64,000 nucleotides of DNA, taken from assembly GCA_001784175.1 (NCBI GenBank), contig MFPR01000043.1, positions 62,001 through 126,000 on the forward strand, read 5' to 3'. The notes beneath the pieces are model-generated. The model was given only the letters and a program-made list of their open reading frames with translations, had not been told where the DNA came from and ran no database searches. A program made the translations under genes and the position numbers. This DNA comes from Candidatus Lindowbacteria bacterium RIFCSPLOWO2_12_FULL_62_27 (lineage in GTDB: Bacteria > Lindowbacteria > 2-12-FULL-62-27). Below, piece after piece: positions 62,305-64,000 of the stretch. Within the stretch, counting starts at the first letter, position 1; each line of letters starts with the position of its first letter.

Positions 62305-62378
62305 GGGGACGTGGTGCAGCTGGTTAGCACACCGGCCTGTCAAGCCGGAGGTCGCGGGTTCGACCCCCGTCGTCCCCG
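62305..62378 (+). tRNA. tRNA-Asp (anticodon GTC), CCA not encoded
   Basis: Acceptor GGGGACG/CGTCCCC, anticodon arm CCGGC-CTGTCAA-GCCGG, T-arm GGTTCGACCCC. Confidence 0.96.
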
Positions 62379-64000
62379 TCACACATCCTTGTACGTCTTG
62401 ACGGCGTTCCTTCCGGATTCTTTCGCCACGTACAGCGCGCGGTCGGCGGATTCGATCAGCGAGCGCTTGTCGGTTGCGCTGTCCGGGAAGGTTGCCAGCC
62501 CGATGGAGATGGTGATCCGGACGGACCTTCCGTCAAAATCGAATTCCAATTCCTCGACGGCATTGCGGAGCCGGTCGGCGAAAATCTTGGCGCCTTCGAG
62601 CGGCGTATCGGGGAGGATGATCCCGAATTCCTCGCCGCCGTAGCGGCAGGGCACGTCGATCTTGCCGCGGATCGATTTCTTGATGGCCCCCGCCACCGCC
62701 CTGAGCACGATGTCTCCCTGCTGGTGGCCGAACGTGTCATTGACGCGCTTGAAATGGTCGAGGTCGGACATGACCAGCGTGAAGTTTCCATTCATCCGCT
62801 GGGTCCGGTCGATCTGGCGGTTCATTTCCTGCTGGAAATAGCGGTGGTTGTAAAGGCCGGTCATCGCGTCGGTCACGGCGCGGTACTGAAACTCCAGTTT
62901 CGACAGCGTCGCCTCGAGCTGGTTGGAGACGCCGTTCAACAGCCGCTCGTCGATCTCGTCGATGACCGCGTCTGCCGGCCGGACCATCCAGATGCCTCCC
63001 GTGACCTCGTTCTCGGAAAAGAAGGGGAAACAGAGCCGGTTCGACTCCGCGAGCGGTTTGGGATGCTCGCCCGATTCGGGCGGCGGCGAGGCGCGGAGCT
63101 TCCGGAGATAAAACAGCGCGATTTCGTCCGGCTCGCCCGCCACCATTTCCTCGGCGCCGACCCCGTGAAACACGAGGGCGCCGGTCGTTCCTGAAATGCT
63201 CCGGGCCAGCCGCGCAAGGACGGCGGTCAGGACTTCCTGTGGGCCCGCCTGCTCGTTCAGGATTGTCGCGATTTCCTGGAGAATCCCGAGATTGTCCGTC
63301 ATCCGGTTGAACGCGCCCGCCAAAATCCCCGTCTCGTCGCGGCTCTCGACCCTGATCCGGTGCTGAAACTCGCCGCCGGCGATTTTTAGAATGCCGGACA
63401 TGACGGTCCGAAGAGGCTTGAGGACCGTGTCGGAGATGATGAAGGCCAAGAGAAGAGAAAAGGCGATCGACACGGCCATGAGGCCCAGCATGAGATCGCG
63501 CGTCTGGACCAGCCGGTCCTGCATGAATTTCAACGAGAGGCCCACCCGGACGGTCCCGAGCAGTTTCTCGACGCCTCGGATCTGGACCGGCTCGAAAAAT
63601 ACGTACAGCTTCGTATCGTCCAGCGTGCGGCGCCGGTCGGTGAAAATGTCCTGGGTGGCGCGGACCCAGCGGTCGTCGCCGACGATGGCGACGATTTCGT
63701 TGCGCGGGGTGGTGAGGTCGTTGACGGCGATGAAGAGAATCCGGCTGTCCTTTTGCTGGATGCTGTTGGCAATTTCTCGGATCTCGAAATACTGGGACTG
63801 CGCCAGAAGTTCGGCGATGTGGTCGGCGAGACTGGAGGCGATGAATCGCCCGGAGGCGGCGAGGCTCGACTCGATGACCGCCTCCTGCTGCCAGAGTGCG
63901 ACCCAGGTGACGCCCGCGGTGACGCCGATCGCGACGATCATCATGGCGATGAAAAGCTTCATGCGGATCGACAGCCGCAGGATCCTGTCGTGGACCTGCT
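62379..64000 (-). CDS. Membrane sensor diguanylate cyclase (TM-HAMP-GAF-GGDEF); frame open to window edge
   Basis: HAMP (DETGILAGAFNRM), TDAMTGLYN, DLDHFKRVNDTFGH, RYGGEEF. Confidence 0.93.
   Translation of the reverse strand, partial: QVHDRILRLSIRMKLFIAMMIVAIGVTAGVTWVALWQQEAVIESSLAASGRFIASSLADHIAELLAQSQYFEIREIANSIQQKDSRILFIAVNDLTTPRNEIVAIVGDDRWVRATQDIFTDRRRTLDDTKLYVFFEPVQIRGVEKLLGTVRVGLSLKFMQDRLVQTRDLMLGLMAVSIAFSLLLAFIISDTVLKPLRTVMSGILKIAGGEFQHRIRVESRDETGILAGAFNRMTDNLGILQEIATILNEQAGPQEVLTAVLARLARSISGTTGALVFHGVGAEEMVAGEPDEIALFYLRKLRASPPPESGEHPKPLAESNRLCFPFFSENEVTGGIWMVRPADAVIDEIDERLLNGVSNQLEATLSKLEFQYRAVTDAMTGLYNHRYFQQEMNRQIDRTQRMNGNFTLVMSDLDHFKRVNDTFGHQQGDIVLRAVAGAIKKSIRGKIDVPCRYGGEEFGIILPDTPLEGAKIFADRLRNAVEELEFDFDGRSVRITISIGLATFPDSATDKRSLIESADRALYVAKESGRNAVKTYKDV

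Overview
GC-rich bacterial chromosomal window, mostly housekeeping genes, with several small accessory insertions. Core content: glmU-prs-rplY-pth; tRNA-Ala(CGC) flanked by toxin-antitoxin modules; hemW; three prepilin-like genes; a CIRCE-controlled hrcA-grpE-dnaK-dnaJ operon; a tightly coupled 10-gene minus-strand run (uvrA-punA-pdp-recJ-DUF3006-mtnP-add-cdd-hypothetical-Clp1-like kinase); an Smr gene; a LolA-like/MMPL-cNMP pair; asnB; deoB; a TPR/MlaD-like/DUF35/thiolase cluster; hemB; an FG-GAP protein; kamA with two Ddl-like ATP-grasp ligases; rfaD; an aldehyde dehydrogenase; tRNA-Asp(GTC); and a diguanylate cyclase. Most notable: (1) RecJ carries a complete, motif-intact DnaQ-like DEDDh exonuclease nested inside its DHH domain, in an operon linking excision repair to nucleoside salvage; (2) a ~450-nt highly structured non-coding element at 43133-43584 resembles an isolated group II intron domain I followed by a terminator, with no RT and no domain V; (3) the kamA/double ATP-grasp cluster has a terminator inside its apparent leader; (4) an atypical Hsp70-TPR gene, a thiolase with Ser at the catalytic Cys position, and a diverged 185-bp direct repeat bracketing a TA module. 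All family assignments come from motif recognition by eye, not database searches.
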